Source of the DNA: Klebsormidium nitens
Taxonomy: Eukaryota; Plantae; Klebsormidiophyceae
Direction of reading: 5' to 3'
DNA: 64,000 bases
Assembly: GCA_000708835.1 (NCBI GenBank)
Contig: DF236970.1
Location: forward strand, 124,001-188,000
Shown in pieces: positions 49,927-62,300 of this stretch. Below the pieces are notes generated by a model. The model made no database searches and was not told where the DNA came from. It saw only the letters and a list, made by a program, of their open reading frames with translations. How positions within the stretch are numbered: position 1 is the first letter of the stretch; each line of letters starts with the position of its first letter. The translations under genes and the position numbers were made by a program.

Positions 49927-51400
49927 TCATCCGACCTTCTTCGTCTCGGCCTGCTTTCTCCGCTTGTAGAATCGTATGAGCCCAGCCCAGAGCATGTACA
50001 CCCACACTAAACTCCCTAACTCAGCGAGCGTTATGATAACCGACCACGTGTATGCGAGCCACCGCGGAACGACTCCATCTGCTCCCCCACGCACGTAAAA
50101 CTGCGCAACTTCATAAACAAGATAGGGCCCAAGACCTAGCCTGACTATGGTATACACCAGAGTAAACGGCAGTGATATTGCCTGGTAGACCTTCTCTGCA
50201 AACGGGCTGTGCTTTTTACAGAGCCTGGACAAGGTCCATGTGTTTTGCAGCGGGCTCGTAAGCTCTCCGGCGCCCATAAGCGACAGGGCTGACAGGGCCC
50301 CGCGCTTTACATAAGCTCGGGACGTGAGCATGTAAACGATCCCCCCGATGTGGTGGAGAATGAAAAGTGTGTCTGGGGACAGAGTGAGGAGATGGACGCT
50401 ATCCACTACAAAGTAGGCTAGGCTGAACTCGAGAATTTTGTTTTGGAGGGGGGTGTTTGGGGCAGCAAGCAGCCACGGTCGGATGAGGCACTCGCGACCT
50501 GCAAAAAGAGAAGCGCGCTTGTGGTCAATTAGCGTAAGGGAAGACAAGTTGAGTTGAGGGGATATGCTAACAATCAAGTGCTGGGTTACCGCCTTCTCAA
50601 GCTGGTATAAGATTCCCATAAGTGTGATTGCCGCAGGGGCAATACTCTTAAGTACCACAATCCTTGTCCACTTGGACACAACAATCTGTCAAGAGGAATC
50701 GACACAGCTCTCCACCAAACTCCAGTCCAATCTGCAGGAACTCTCCCTCACCTTATGTTGGCTTCAGAAACACAACATTATGTCCTTACTGAGGTGCATT
50801 GGGAACAACCTGACTGCCTAGATGCATCAGGTTAGACATGGTGACTCGACCCCATTCTTGCAAACAGAAGTGCAGCCTTTTGTGCTGACTTTATTTAACC
50901 ACCTGCTGTGCTTGAAAGCTCCAGGTGACACAAAACTTTGTAAAGTGCAGAGAACAATTGATACTGGAAGTATTGAGAAACATCCCATCAGAATGAGGCC
51001 CAGCAGAACTTCAGAAAGAGCAATATCAGGGATGTTGCACTCTTCTACCCAGCTTCTATACAGCCTACTATCACTTCAAGATTAGTAAGTGAACTTCAGG
51101 CGGCTCCATACCAGAAAGAAGAGTGATCAAAAGCGATCAAAAGCGACAAAGTATAAACTGTCAAACATCACAGACGCTCCATACATGTTCAGCAACCGAC
51201 GAGATTCTTCTTGGAGCTGATCATATGACATGTTGAGAAGACTCACATGCAAAATACGCGGTCACTGCGCCATGGAGAAGGCTCATGCAGCAACTAGACG
51301 CGTCCGCGCGATCGGTCCCCTTCAGGAACTTGAACCACCGGAAGTAGGCAACAAAGTAGATCAGCGCAAACACGGGCGCCGCAACCAAGAAGACCTCCAT
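49927..51400 (-). CDS. TLC (TRAM/LAG1/CLN8) domain membrane protein, 241 aa
   Basis: Exons 51247-51400 and 49927-50498 are in frame. Motifs: SLLHG, PNTPLQ, FSLAYFVVD, FILHH, GELTSPLQN. Multiple TM segments. Confidence 0.9.
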
Positions 51401-52720
51401 AGCGTCCAATGCTCTGAAGCAAGCTCCTGAATATGAATGATCTGAGATAGACGGTCAAGAATTGAGGGTACAGAAAGTGGATTTGCTGTGCACAACGCGA
51501 CTGTGTTCTGTCAAGTGAATGTGAAAGCAGTGGGGGATTGCGCAATTCAAGGCTAGCGTATGCAGCACCGCCACAGTATAAGGTCTTACGTCCCCTCGCC
51601 TTTCGTGGGGCCCTCTCGGACTCCTTCATTGTCAACTTCTTTCGAGCGTTTCAAGTTCTGGCAGTCTGAGTTGGCCAAACTGCATCCTGACTCGAGTTGA
51701 AAGCAAGAGAGGCGAGTCATATTGGTTATTTTGACATGAGATAAGGCCTCCGCAATATGTAATCAAAGGAGTACGTCTGTGGGAGGCGTTTAGAACCTGT
51801 GCTTGCATACAACCTAAAATTCGAGCCGGATTCTACAATTCAAAGCCGCAAACAAACGCACAAATTCAGGATTATCGATTCAAGCTGCCAATACGTCTTG
51901 GGTTCCAGCCGCAGGTCAGACATTCTTCATTAAAATTCGTCCCAATTCAAATTCAACAAGTTCATTTCACAGGTTCACCAGACCAAAACGCTGGAAACCA
52001 AATTGAAAGCGAAGAAACGGAAGGGCGGGCGCCTTTGTGGAAGCTTGTTGGTAGCTCCTCATGGTGGGCAGGTGAGCAGAGCTTTCGTATGTCTCTGGCA
52101 CCATGTTTCCGGTTAGGCAAGGTTTTCTCTGTTCCTACTCGCAATCTGTTTGTCTACCTGATGATCACCTTGTTAGCTGGCCATTGACAGTCTGCAAAAC
52201 CTTTTCGACGAGAATTCTTGAAAATTAAGGGGTGGAAGAGACAGTTTGCTTGAGTGGTGGTTTTAGAAGGGCGCAAAAGCACTCACAAAGCTAGCACCAG
52301 CAAGTTTGGCCTGAATGATTCTTCTTGATGAGATTGGAACAAGTTCCCACTTACCTGGGTGCCCAAATAATGACGGCCCTGGTGGTAAGGGTCGCGGAAA
52401 GATTCTGTTGTCTCAACCAATGAAGCGATTTGGTTGCTCTTTCCATGAGTGTGAAATGGAAAGTTGGGCAGAGCAGTTTCCGCAGCCAAAAGTCTTTTTC
52501 AACCTTGTCTCGGGTGCTTCACTTCCCCCAAAGACAGCTGTGTCCCCTTCTGTCAAGAACTTCTCGTTGATTGGCCGTCGATTTGCAATCAGTCTGCCCC
52601 CTTGTTCCCCTAGTTCATTGTCTCCATATTTTTCAATGTCACAACAACTTTCTGTAGAGCCTCAGCAATTCTCATGGTTTACACGCCACCTCTCATCTTC
52701 TGCAGGTCGCCCTCTGTTAG

Positions 52721-53352
52721 ATGGCCCGCCTGGGATTGATTCCACGCCTCGCTCTTCTAGGCACCTTCAACCTGGCGGTTCTGGCTGTCTACCTCAAAGT
52801 CATTGAGGTAAGGAGAGGGCCCGAGTCGCCGTTGAATTACCCCGTTCAAATAAATCCCGCTTTTAAGATTGATTGTGCTGCGATGCAGAGCGCATGCCTT
52901 GCCAATTTCAAGACTTGAGGTGTGTTCTTTTGGATCGCTTAATAGTGGAAGTCAACTGATTTCAAGGCTGGAGACTTTGACTTGTGCTTAAGTTTTGCTG
53001 TGCCTGCTTCTGAAGTTAGCTGGGCATGTGGGGAAGAAAGAGCCGCTTATATTTCTTTGGAACATGTACAGGTCGTATCCACAAGTTGCCACTACTCCTG
53101 TTGACCACTTGATTCGGTCGGTCAGAAAATTGTTTGCTTACGTGTTGATTTAGATGATCAATGATTTCAAACTTGCGATCACCGGTAGATCTCATGCCCT
53201 ATCGAGCTTTACATCAATCCTTTCTTTCTTTTTTGCTTGTTCAGAGGTCCCGCAATCGTGGTGGCAGCTTTGAGCGAGACGGGTACGAGTTCTGGGGCAT
53301 GTGGTCGTCTCCAAAGCACGTCAGAGAGCAAGAGACTAAGAAAGCGGAGTAA
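52721..53352 (+). CDS. Possible 64-aa single-pass membrane microprotein
   Basis: Exons 52721-52807 (MARLGLIPRLALLGTFNLAVLAVYLKVIE|GTAAGG) and 53245-53352 (strong pyrimidine tract plus CAG) join in phase 0. No family recognised. Confidence 0.5.
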
Positions 53353-53732
53353 AGCAGAAGTTCAAGGATCTTCAAGCGCTTTCACCGGGAAAGTCGGGGC
53401 CAGGAATCTTTTGTTAGGAGCATTGAGGTTGCAGGAAAGCGGAAAGTTAGTGGAAAGTTCCTAGTGGTGCCATTTGGGACCTAAGGCAAGTCAGAATTGC
53501 CCCAGTCTTGCGTCCAGGGGAATCCAGCTGGGTAGCTTGAGAGCTTTTTCAGGTGAATGGGAGCTCCTGAAGGTGCATAGAAGGTCCTCAAGACTTCGAC
53601 GGGTTTATGAGTAGAGGCTGTTTGCAGGACGTAGAGAGAATCGCTAGAAAGCAGACGACTTCTCTGAAAAGCAGCGGGGATTTCCAGAAAGCATAGGATT
53701 ATCTGGGCATAGAAATTAAGGGAGCATAGCAT

Positions 53733-56700
53733 ATGGCAGACGTCACAGCGATGCCAAGCACCTCTGGGACGGATCCCCCGGTAGAGCCGCGGAGGTTTAA
53801 GGGCTCTAGAGGGGGGCCAGCATCGGGAGGGCCCTCAGAGGCAATCTTAGCCGTCGATGTCAAGCCCCGGACGGCTGCGAACGGCCCTGTGAAGCGGTTT
53901 GTGCGGCAGCAGGTGCCGAGCGAAATCCTGGAGGACCCGTTGCTGAGGTCAGCAATGGAAGCGCTGCCGAAGAATTACAACCTTGAGATACCAAAGACGG
54001 TGAGTGGTATTCAGCTTTCTGGCAGGGGTTTCTTTGTGTCAGTACTTGGAAGTGAGGTTTGTCGCGAAGAGGTCTTTCTGAATTCGAAAATAAAAGCAGC
54101 GATGTATGTTATTCCAACTCGCGTTGACTTCGGAAGCTTCTGCTAAGGTGAGCTCCTGGGTGTTGTGAAACACTCTTCTTGTTTTTAGCTCATCTATGTC
54201 TGGGTTTGATGTGACTTCAACAATTTTACAGCTTTCGGAAATTTGTTTGGAAATTTGGAAGGTTTTTAGCCAAGATGCTGTCTCTAGAGCGTTCGATAAT
54301 CTTGAGCGTCTGATAACCTTCTCTATGTGTCGTTTAACGCTGCTTCGTAATACTTCGGATCGAAACAAAACTTCATCCTTGTTCTCCAACAGGTCTGGCG
54401 GCTAAAGCAGGCCAAGGCCAAGACCGTGGCGCTGCAGTTCCCCGAGGGTCTGCTGATGTATGCGACGACGATCGCAGACATTCTGGAGCGTTTTGCGGGC
54501 GTCGAGCACTGCTTGGTCCTGGGCGACGTTACTTATGGGGCGGTGAGTCTTCGAAGATCATTTCAGTGTCTTGGACCTAACCTTCGCATCTGAAGTGCTC
54601 GTGCACGGTTCCGGTTTATGAAAGCAGCCTGTGCAGTGCTGAGCGAATAGCGACGTCACATCTCCCTTGCGCTGCTGTGTCGATGACTTCAGCGCGGGCG
54701 CGCTCTCGTCCAAAACTTTGAAAACTCACGGCCAATCGTGCCTGGAGCTCAACATGCGTTTATGACACTAGTGGTGTTCAGTTGCGAGCGAAGAAATGAC
54801 GTCACGCCTTTTTCGCAGTGCTGCATCGATGACTTCAGCGCACGCGCGCTCGGTGCCAATTTTCTAATCCACTACGGCCATTCTTGGGTGTCCCCCTTTT
54901 CAAGATCTAAGAGCAGGCTTCGCAATGCTGAGCGAAGACTGACGTCATGCTTCCCTTGCAGTGCTGCGTGGACGACTTCAGCGCCGGCGCGCTTGGCGCC
55001 GACTTTCTGGTCCACTACGGCCACTCCTGCCTAGTTCCTGTTGACGTCACCTCCATTCCGTGCCTCTACGTCTTTGTCGACATCGCAATCGACACCGCGC
55101 ATCTAGTATCAACGGTCAAGCTCAACTTCGCGCGGGGCGCGGATTTGGTGCTAGCCGGGACGATCCAGTTTGCGGCGGCGGTGCAGGCGGCGCGGGGCGC
55201 CCTTGCGGAGGATTTCCCGTCGCTGGTGGTGCCACAGGTGAGCGTTTATATCAATGTCTCGAGCGCTTATACTGATTACTCGAGCGCTAATATCGATGTC
55301 TCGAGCGCTTTTGCTGATGTCTCGAGAGCTTCCTTCGATGTCTCGAGCGCTTTGAATGATGTCTCGAGCCCTTATATTCGATGGCTCGAGCGCTTCTTTT
55401 ATGTTTGTTCGTTGTCGCTGCTGAACGCGGCTGAACTCTCCCTGCACGCTTCTCCCGATTTTATGTTCGGACGCTTCCTACGACGACTCTCCTCTGAATT
55501 AGCCCGAAGTTTAATTGCTTACAAAGTGCCATCTATACGTGTTCCATATCGGGATGTTTGGAAGCTGTGAGACACGTAGATTTTGACTACTTTGTCTGAC
55601 GCTTGTCACTTCCGTAGACGCGTTTTGAAAGGATCCCCACTACTTTCCCCACGATGTGAGAACGCTTCTTGGACTGATTACTGGACGTTGTCGCTAACCT
55701 GCGGACGCCTTTCGGGCGCAGGCCAAGCCGTTGTCCCCGGGGGAGGTTCTGGGCTGTACCGCCCCCGTACTTGCGAGCAAAGCGGACGCCATCGTCTTTG
55801 TCGCGGACGGGAGGTTCCACCTGGAGGCGATTATGATTGCGAACCCCACAGTGCCTGCTTACAGGTGGGTCTTCGTCTCTGCTTTTACAGAGGGCGGACC
55901 GGTCCCCTCTGGGCGACCAGCAAAGCGCCCACAAAGCCAGATTGGTCGCTCGGGGAATTTTTCGAGATGGGATCTGGTCCGTCGGATGAAACGTCCCCTC
56001 AGGACTCGGATGCACGAGTGTTCTCTGAAACCTGACGCCCTCTTTGACGACCCTTGGTAACCGCATTGGACCGCATCGAACGGCGAGCTCGCTATTGTTG
56101 CGCATGAAAGAATCCACGTCAGCCAGAAGATTAAATCGAAAGATCGTAATAGGCTTAGTTTAAGTCCTTCCTCGCAAAATTGAACGCACCCGTCTCCCTT
56201 TGTATCTTGTTTTAGTGAGCCGGATTTTGCGTTGATAAGTATTTGCAACTGATGATGGAGAACGATTGCTTAGGGCACTGCTCCCGTTAAGGTCCCCTCC
56301 GCCAGTTTGCTGGTCACGCATCTTTTTCTCCACAAGTTTGTTTTGCTTCTGGACAAAGCGCGGCATGTCCGGCTTATTTTAAGGAATTGCGCATCGCGAG
56401 ACCGCTTGGTAGCCTCTTCCTTGCCTACCCATCAAGAGTCCGACTGCCGTTTTGAGTGTTGGAAAGATCGAATCCAGACCTCAATTGAGGCACCATATCA
56501 CATACCGAGGCAGGCGTTTGTATTCTGTGAAAGCGCCTAAACTCGTTTCCATTGCGCATCTCCAACGGCGTACAGATCCGATTCGTGTTTGTGCGGACAC
56601 AGGATGGTAAACGAACCCTTAAACATCATTCTGACACGTGTCAATATTTGACCACCGCAGGTACGACCCCTACAGCAAAGTCCTCACGATCGAGGAGTAC

Positions 56701-57600
56701 GACCATCTAGGAATGCGCCGCGCGCGTCGTCGGGCGATCGAAGCCTCCTGGCGCGCGAAACGGTTCGGCGTCGTGCTCGGAACCCTTGGCCGGCAGGGCA
56801 ACCCGCGCATCCTAACCCACGTGGAAACCCGGTTACGAACCCGCGGGTTAGACTACGTGGTTCTATTAGTCTCCGAGCTGAACCCGGCGAAAGTCCAGCG
56901 GTTTAAGGGGTCCGTTGACGCGTGGGTGCAAATTGCGTGTCCGCGATTGTCGATTGATTGGGGCGAGGCGTTTGACGCGCCACTGCTGACGCCGTACGAA
57001 CTAGAAGTGGCGCTGGGGTTCGTCGCGCCGTGGTGGGAGGGAGCCCGGGGGGACACGGCTGAAGGCGTCACTGTCAGCAGCGGCGAGGTTAGGAGTGGAC
57101 CTGTCGACGTCAGCGGCAGTTCTGCTGACGCTCGAGAAACTTCTGCGGACGTCAGCATCAGTGGAGTGGGAGGCGACCGGGGGGGTGGTCGGAAGGGTGG
57201 GGCGGGGACTTGTGGATGCTCGTCTGATAGGGGGGGTGTTTCGGAGCCTGGACGAAGGGGCGCTTCCGAGGAGGGGCCAGATCGGACCGGGGTCACGGAT
57301 GGGGCTTCTGAAGGGGAGCTTCCGTCTCAGTCAGCATCTGCTGCGGGGAGAGAAGCCATAGCTAATGGTACTAGAGTCACTGTGGATGAGCCAGAAAAGG
57401 TCGGTTCCCGTAAGGCTCCAGAGTTGGACAAAGAAGCTCCGAGCACAGGTCCCTGTACTATCAAAGGAAGCACCGCCACGTGTAGGGAGTCGGAAGAGTG
57501 GGAACGGGTGGCACCGTACCCGATGGATTACTACGCAAGAGATGGCGGTCCATGGAACTCGGTTTACGGGCCAAAGCCAAGGGTGAAGGCGAAAGGATAG
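53733..57600 (+). CDS. DPH1: Diphthamide biosynthesis protein 1 (2-(3-amino-3-carboxypropyl)histidine synthase subunit), 591 aa
   Basis: Exons 53733-53999, 54393-54542, 54962-55237, 55722-55864, 56661-57600 are in frame. Motifs: [72 protein letters not shown]. Confidence 0.97.
54630..54961 (+). repeat. Two ghost copies of the DPH1 exon-3 acceptor junction
   Basis: ~54630-54705 has the acceptor mutated to GCGC. 54780-54896 has an intact cgcag| followed by [23 protein letters not shown]. Confidence 0.92.
55252..55397. repeat. 21-bp minisatellite (~7 copies, GATGTCTCGAGCGCT core) in DPH1 intron 3
   Basis: CTCGAG recurs every 21 nt. Confidence 0.9.
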
Positions 57601-58042
57601 CCACAATTTGGTGAATGCGTCAATTGTTCCTAGCTGTTGGTTCAAGCCTCATGGGAGTTGGTCAGATGCAGATGTGTCCGACCAGGTACGGTATCCATCC
57701 GGACTGGCTGCGCGCATTCTGTTCAGCATGGGAGCTTGAACTCGAGGATGCAGGATCATGGTAGCTGCAAGCCATTATAAGTTTTAAAACTCAACGCAGA
57801 CAGATTTTGGAGCATCCCGGCACCGCATCGTGTTGGATAAGCGGCATGCAGTACAATTGTTGCATTTTGCAGTGGATGCAAAACGGCGTTGCGCCCATGC
57901 AAGCATGTGTATACATACCGTATACTTTATTCTCAATTTAAAAAACAGCATGCAATGCAAAAGTTTGGCGGCCATACCTATGTACGTATACTCAGCATCA
58001 GTAGGCACCGCGCGTGCACTTTTCAAATCGATACTATGTTTA

Positions 58043-58078
58043 TTAGGGTTTCGAGCTACTGCTTATGTAAACCCTAAA
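58043..58078. promoter_or_regulatory. Two telo-boxes in opposite orientation upstream of the mutase gene
   Basis: TTAGGGTTT at 58043-58051 and AAACCCTAAA at 58069-58078. Confidence 0.4.
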
Positions 58079-59332
58079 CCTGTACGTGGAAGTACTGCCT
58101 AGTCAAGTTCAACTTCAAGGGAGCTAGCTGCGTCAAAAGTTCATGGCGTTGCTCCCTACTTTTTTAGACGTCTCTGGAGCTTTATGCTTGACATGTTCTC
58201 TACAAGAGCATATGGAATTTGAAAGGAGAATGCGAGATGTGGATTGTGAAAGCGAGCTCGAACCCACATCCCAACCAGGCTTTTTGAGTTGCTGATCAGC
58301 TTCTTCTGACGAGGCGGCTGTGCATTTAATCCTGCAAAAGCCCCGCACCTGACTCAATTCAGCAGCATGGCTTCCTGGAGAAGTTTCTGCAAGCATCTGA
58401 GCGGAAGCGCACAAATCTTGGGGCAGGTGATTGATACTCTTGTGTGTTCTCAGCTTGAGTGTCAATAGTTTGGGATAAAGTACCTGGACACCGCGAAATT
58501 TAAAAAGGTGTTGAAGGAAGTGCAAAGGAAAAAAGGAGCTGGGCTGCTTGAGCAGCACTCTTGCTGATCCAATTGCTTTTGAGCAACAACAGTGGTATGC
58601 CAATTGTAGGTCAGATGAATGACTGATGCCATCTTTGTCAAACCAGTATTGAAAGCTGGAAAGTTCCACGGAAGAAAATTGCAAAACCTTTCAAAAGACT
58701 ATTGCAAGAAGAAGTGGGACTTGTACTCCTTAATCATCAAGCACTGCATGAGACAGCAGGTTGCGATGGTCATGAGGTGGTGTGGCAGCAAAGAGAAACT
58801 TTTCTTTGCTGTAGGGAGAGGAACTCTTTCCGTGATTCAGCTGCTTTTTGTGATTTTTAAGTGAGGTTCTGATGTTGGTTGGCGTGTGAGCTTCTTTTTG
58901 GTGTCGCTGTCATGATAATGTTTGGAGATTCAGATTGCTCTAAATTACAAATTTTAACAACGAGCTGTGGGCCCCTCAAGAGCCTCTTTCGTCCCCAGTC
59001 ACTACAAAGTGCAATGAACTGGTGCTCAAAGCAAGCAGTCATGCCTATTCAAATTCCCCGTGTTCTTTAGAAAGCCGCGCAAACCAGCACCACACTGCAA
59101 TTAAGAGAATATTAATCACCCAGATTGTCCCCTCAAAGCATACTACTGACAAATACTGAGTGTTTCTTCTCAGACACCAAGCTGCGAACAGCGTACTTTG
59201 TGGACCAACTAGCTTCAAAGATACAAACTTATGTTGTTCTTCCCCAAATTTCTTTGACAAACCTTTGTTTAACCAAGTATCTAAAATTTGAAGTATCAAT
59301 CAATCCCCATGGTTTTGTTGCTTTGACCCCAG

Positions 59333-62300
59333 GTTAGGCAGCTCAGCGAAGGTGGTCAACATGGCTTCTTCGCCAGGGGGTCCTTGCGGCGGTGGTTCGG
59401 CTCGGGGGCTTCCCTTGATGGCAAAACCGAGTCTCAAAAGGCCTGGGAGCAGAAGGCCAGGAAAGAGTGCAAGGGGGAGGATCCTTATACAAAGCTGGCG
59501 CACGACTCACAAGAGGTGAATATTCTTGTGTCCCGGCACAGTTCTTGCTCTGAGTATCCGGTGACGATGATGACGCTTCTGGAGAACCTGAGAGCCGCGC
59601 TTAGAAAGAACATTTTTGTGCCGCTGAGGTGTGACCATGGACATTGTTAACGAGGCTACCAAGAAAGTGGAGGCTGTTTTTGCCTCCATTGCAACTTGCT
59701 GTCCCCACTTGAAAGTTGGATTCTTGTATTTCGAAACTTTCAGAAAAAGCCGTAGCGTGCTGTTGGGTGTATAAGCTGGCAAATGTCGAAGTCAAGATTG
59801 CTCCCCAGTTATGCTTTATAGTAAATCTAGAACTCCAGCCTGAACAAGCGGTTTCAGTGTGTAAGTCTTCTCTACATTTTGCCTAGTATGTGAATGTTCT
59901 GCCCGATCATGTTTTGGCAGGGCCCAAAGGACTTCAAGTATTGCATGGGAGTCCGAACTCTCCTAGAAATGCAAGTCTAGAATCATGAGGATTTCACAGA
60001 ACCACTTGCCGATGGAAAATGTCTTAGCACATCTGATTTCAGCGGCGTTTGAGGCTTCAATAGAAACCCAAAAACGGTTGGAATATGGCTGGTTCCACAA
60101 GGCGTTTATCTGGCAGCAGTCGAGACCAGTCAGAACGGATGGAAGGAGAACAGGGACTCCCGGCGGACTCCCTACGTTACCCCCTTCCGACTATAACCTG
60201 TTTGATTGACGGTCACACTTAGTACACATACTCATCCTAGACCGTCGATCTTAGAAGGTTATGGCTAAGAGGGGTCTGTAACATCGGCTTGGGAGTCCAT
60301 GTTCTCCCTCCTTCCGTTCAGTCAGTCTACACAAGAACGGCTTCACTTGCAGGGCTTTCTGTTAAAGCCCGTATACACCAAGTCGGACGTCCCCCCCGAG
60401 GCCTGGGAAGAGTTGCCGGGAGTCTGGCCCTATACACGGGGTCCCTATGCCAGCATGTATACACAGAGGCCCTGGACGATCAGGCAGTACGCAGGATTCA
60501 GGTGCGCCCTGTTTTCCACCTGCTATTACCTTGGCAGAACCCGTCTACTTGTTGGCTCTTGATCCTTCGTAGAGGTGTGCGGCTCAAATGACGTCGGACC
60601 TCTTCAAGCTTTTCTTGAGTGCATTTGCGTCTGCCACTTGTGTCCCCCTGTCAGCAGGGGTCACCGGCCATTCTCTTGGGTTCGACCGTCTATAACGAGC
60701 TTCGTCTGTCCGCTTCGCTTCCACCCGGACTTGTTTTCGAATCTCTACCTCAACGAGGGGCCACAACGCAGTTGAACAGGACAGAAGCACGTATTCACCC
60801 ATGCGTATTTGAGAAGCTTGCCGTTTATTTCTCGAAGAAGTTTCGGTCCCCTTCTGCAAAACGCGTAAGCTGCTTGGAAGTGGGCTCAGAGACGTACTGG
60901 CACTCTTGAAGCCAAAATTCTATCTGGCACCTTAGTGTGTAGAGTAACCTCCTGAAGGACGTAACTGGTCAAAACATACCTCAAGAGTCAAAACCATCCC
61001 AAATTTGTCAGAGATATGACAATGTACTTGATTACCTGAGGTTCAAATTCCAGTTTACTGTTTGCAGCACGGCCGAAGAGTCCAACGCGTTCTACCGCCG
61101 CAACCTCGCAGCCGGGCAAAAGGGTCTCTCCGTCGCATTCGACCTCGCGACGCATCGCGGGTACGACTCAGACCACCCTCGTGTCCTGGGTGACGTCGGC
61201 ATGGCGGGCGTGGCGATCGACAGCGTTGAAGACATGAAGGTTTTGTTCGAAGGGATCCCCCTGGACCAAATGAGCGTTTCGATGACCATGAATGGGGCGG
61301 TCCTGCCGGTGCTGGCGATGTATATCGTAGCGGCCGAGGAGCAGGGTGAGCAGGGTCGCGACCTGGGTTATGCTCTCGGTTTGAATCTGGGTCAAGGTCT
61401 GACTATGTTCTAAGTCGAGGAGTGTCAAGCTTCGGCACCACCTGGTTCATTTACGGACATGAGTGCTGGCAATGCCTATTGCGGGGGTTGAGGTGCAGGG
61501 TGAGCCGGGTCGAGACACGGGTTAAGCTCGGGTCTTATTGTGGGTCAAGGTCTGACTACGCTTAAGATAAAGCTACGGTCAAGCTTTTGACCCGCACAGG
61601 CGTGTGTGGTGGCTATGTACTTCGTGACGGCCGAGGAGCATAGTAAGCAGGGTTGAGACACCGGTTATCTCCTGGGTTCGACTCTGGTCAAGGTCTGACT
61701 GCTCTTCGCGTTAAGCTGTTTTGGAGTTCCTGGGCTCTAGGTTGTTCGGAGGTCTAGGTTGTTCAGAATTCAAGTGTGTGTGCTTGCGATGTGTTTCGAG
61801 GCGGCCAAGAGCAGATCGGGTTGGGCCGACATTCGGATCAGCAGTTGCTTCATTTGAGCTTGGATTTGTCGAGCACACTGAGCTCCTTAGCGCTCTCATG
61901 TCTTCAGGCGTGGATCTGAGCCAGCTGTTGGGTACTACTCCACAACGACACTCTGAAGCATTGCGTGGTATGCTCTTCTTTGCCTCTAAGACCTTTAGAC
62001 ATGTCTAAGTGTCCGGACCCTGAGACCCTGAGACTCTGATATTCCGAAAGCTCAGAATGTCAAACACTCAACCCCACAGCGCCCTTCTGTCTGCAGGCGT
62101 GAAGTCGAGCCAGCTGTCGGGTACTATCCAGAACGACATCCTAAAGGAGTACATGGTGCGCAACACGTACATCTACCCCCCCGCGCCGAGCATGCGCATC
62201 GTTGGTGACATCATGGCCTACACTGCGCAGCACATGCCGCGCTTCAACTCCATCTCCATCTCCGGCTATCATATGCAGGCGAGTTGCTTGTGTGCAGTAT

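Noticed and set aside
58133-58684. 183-aa minus-strand ORF between DPH1 and the mutase
   Set aside because: No motif or coding-like composition, and starts at a non-ATG codon. Likely intergenic or 5' region of the mutase.
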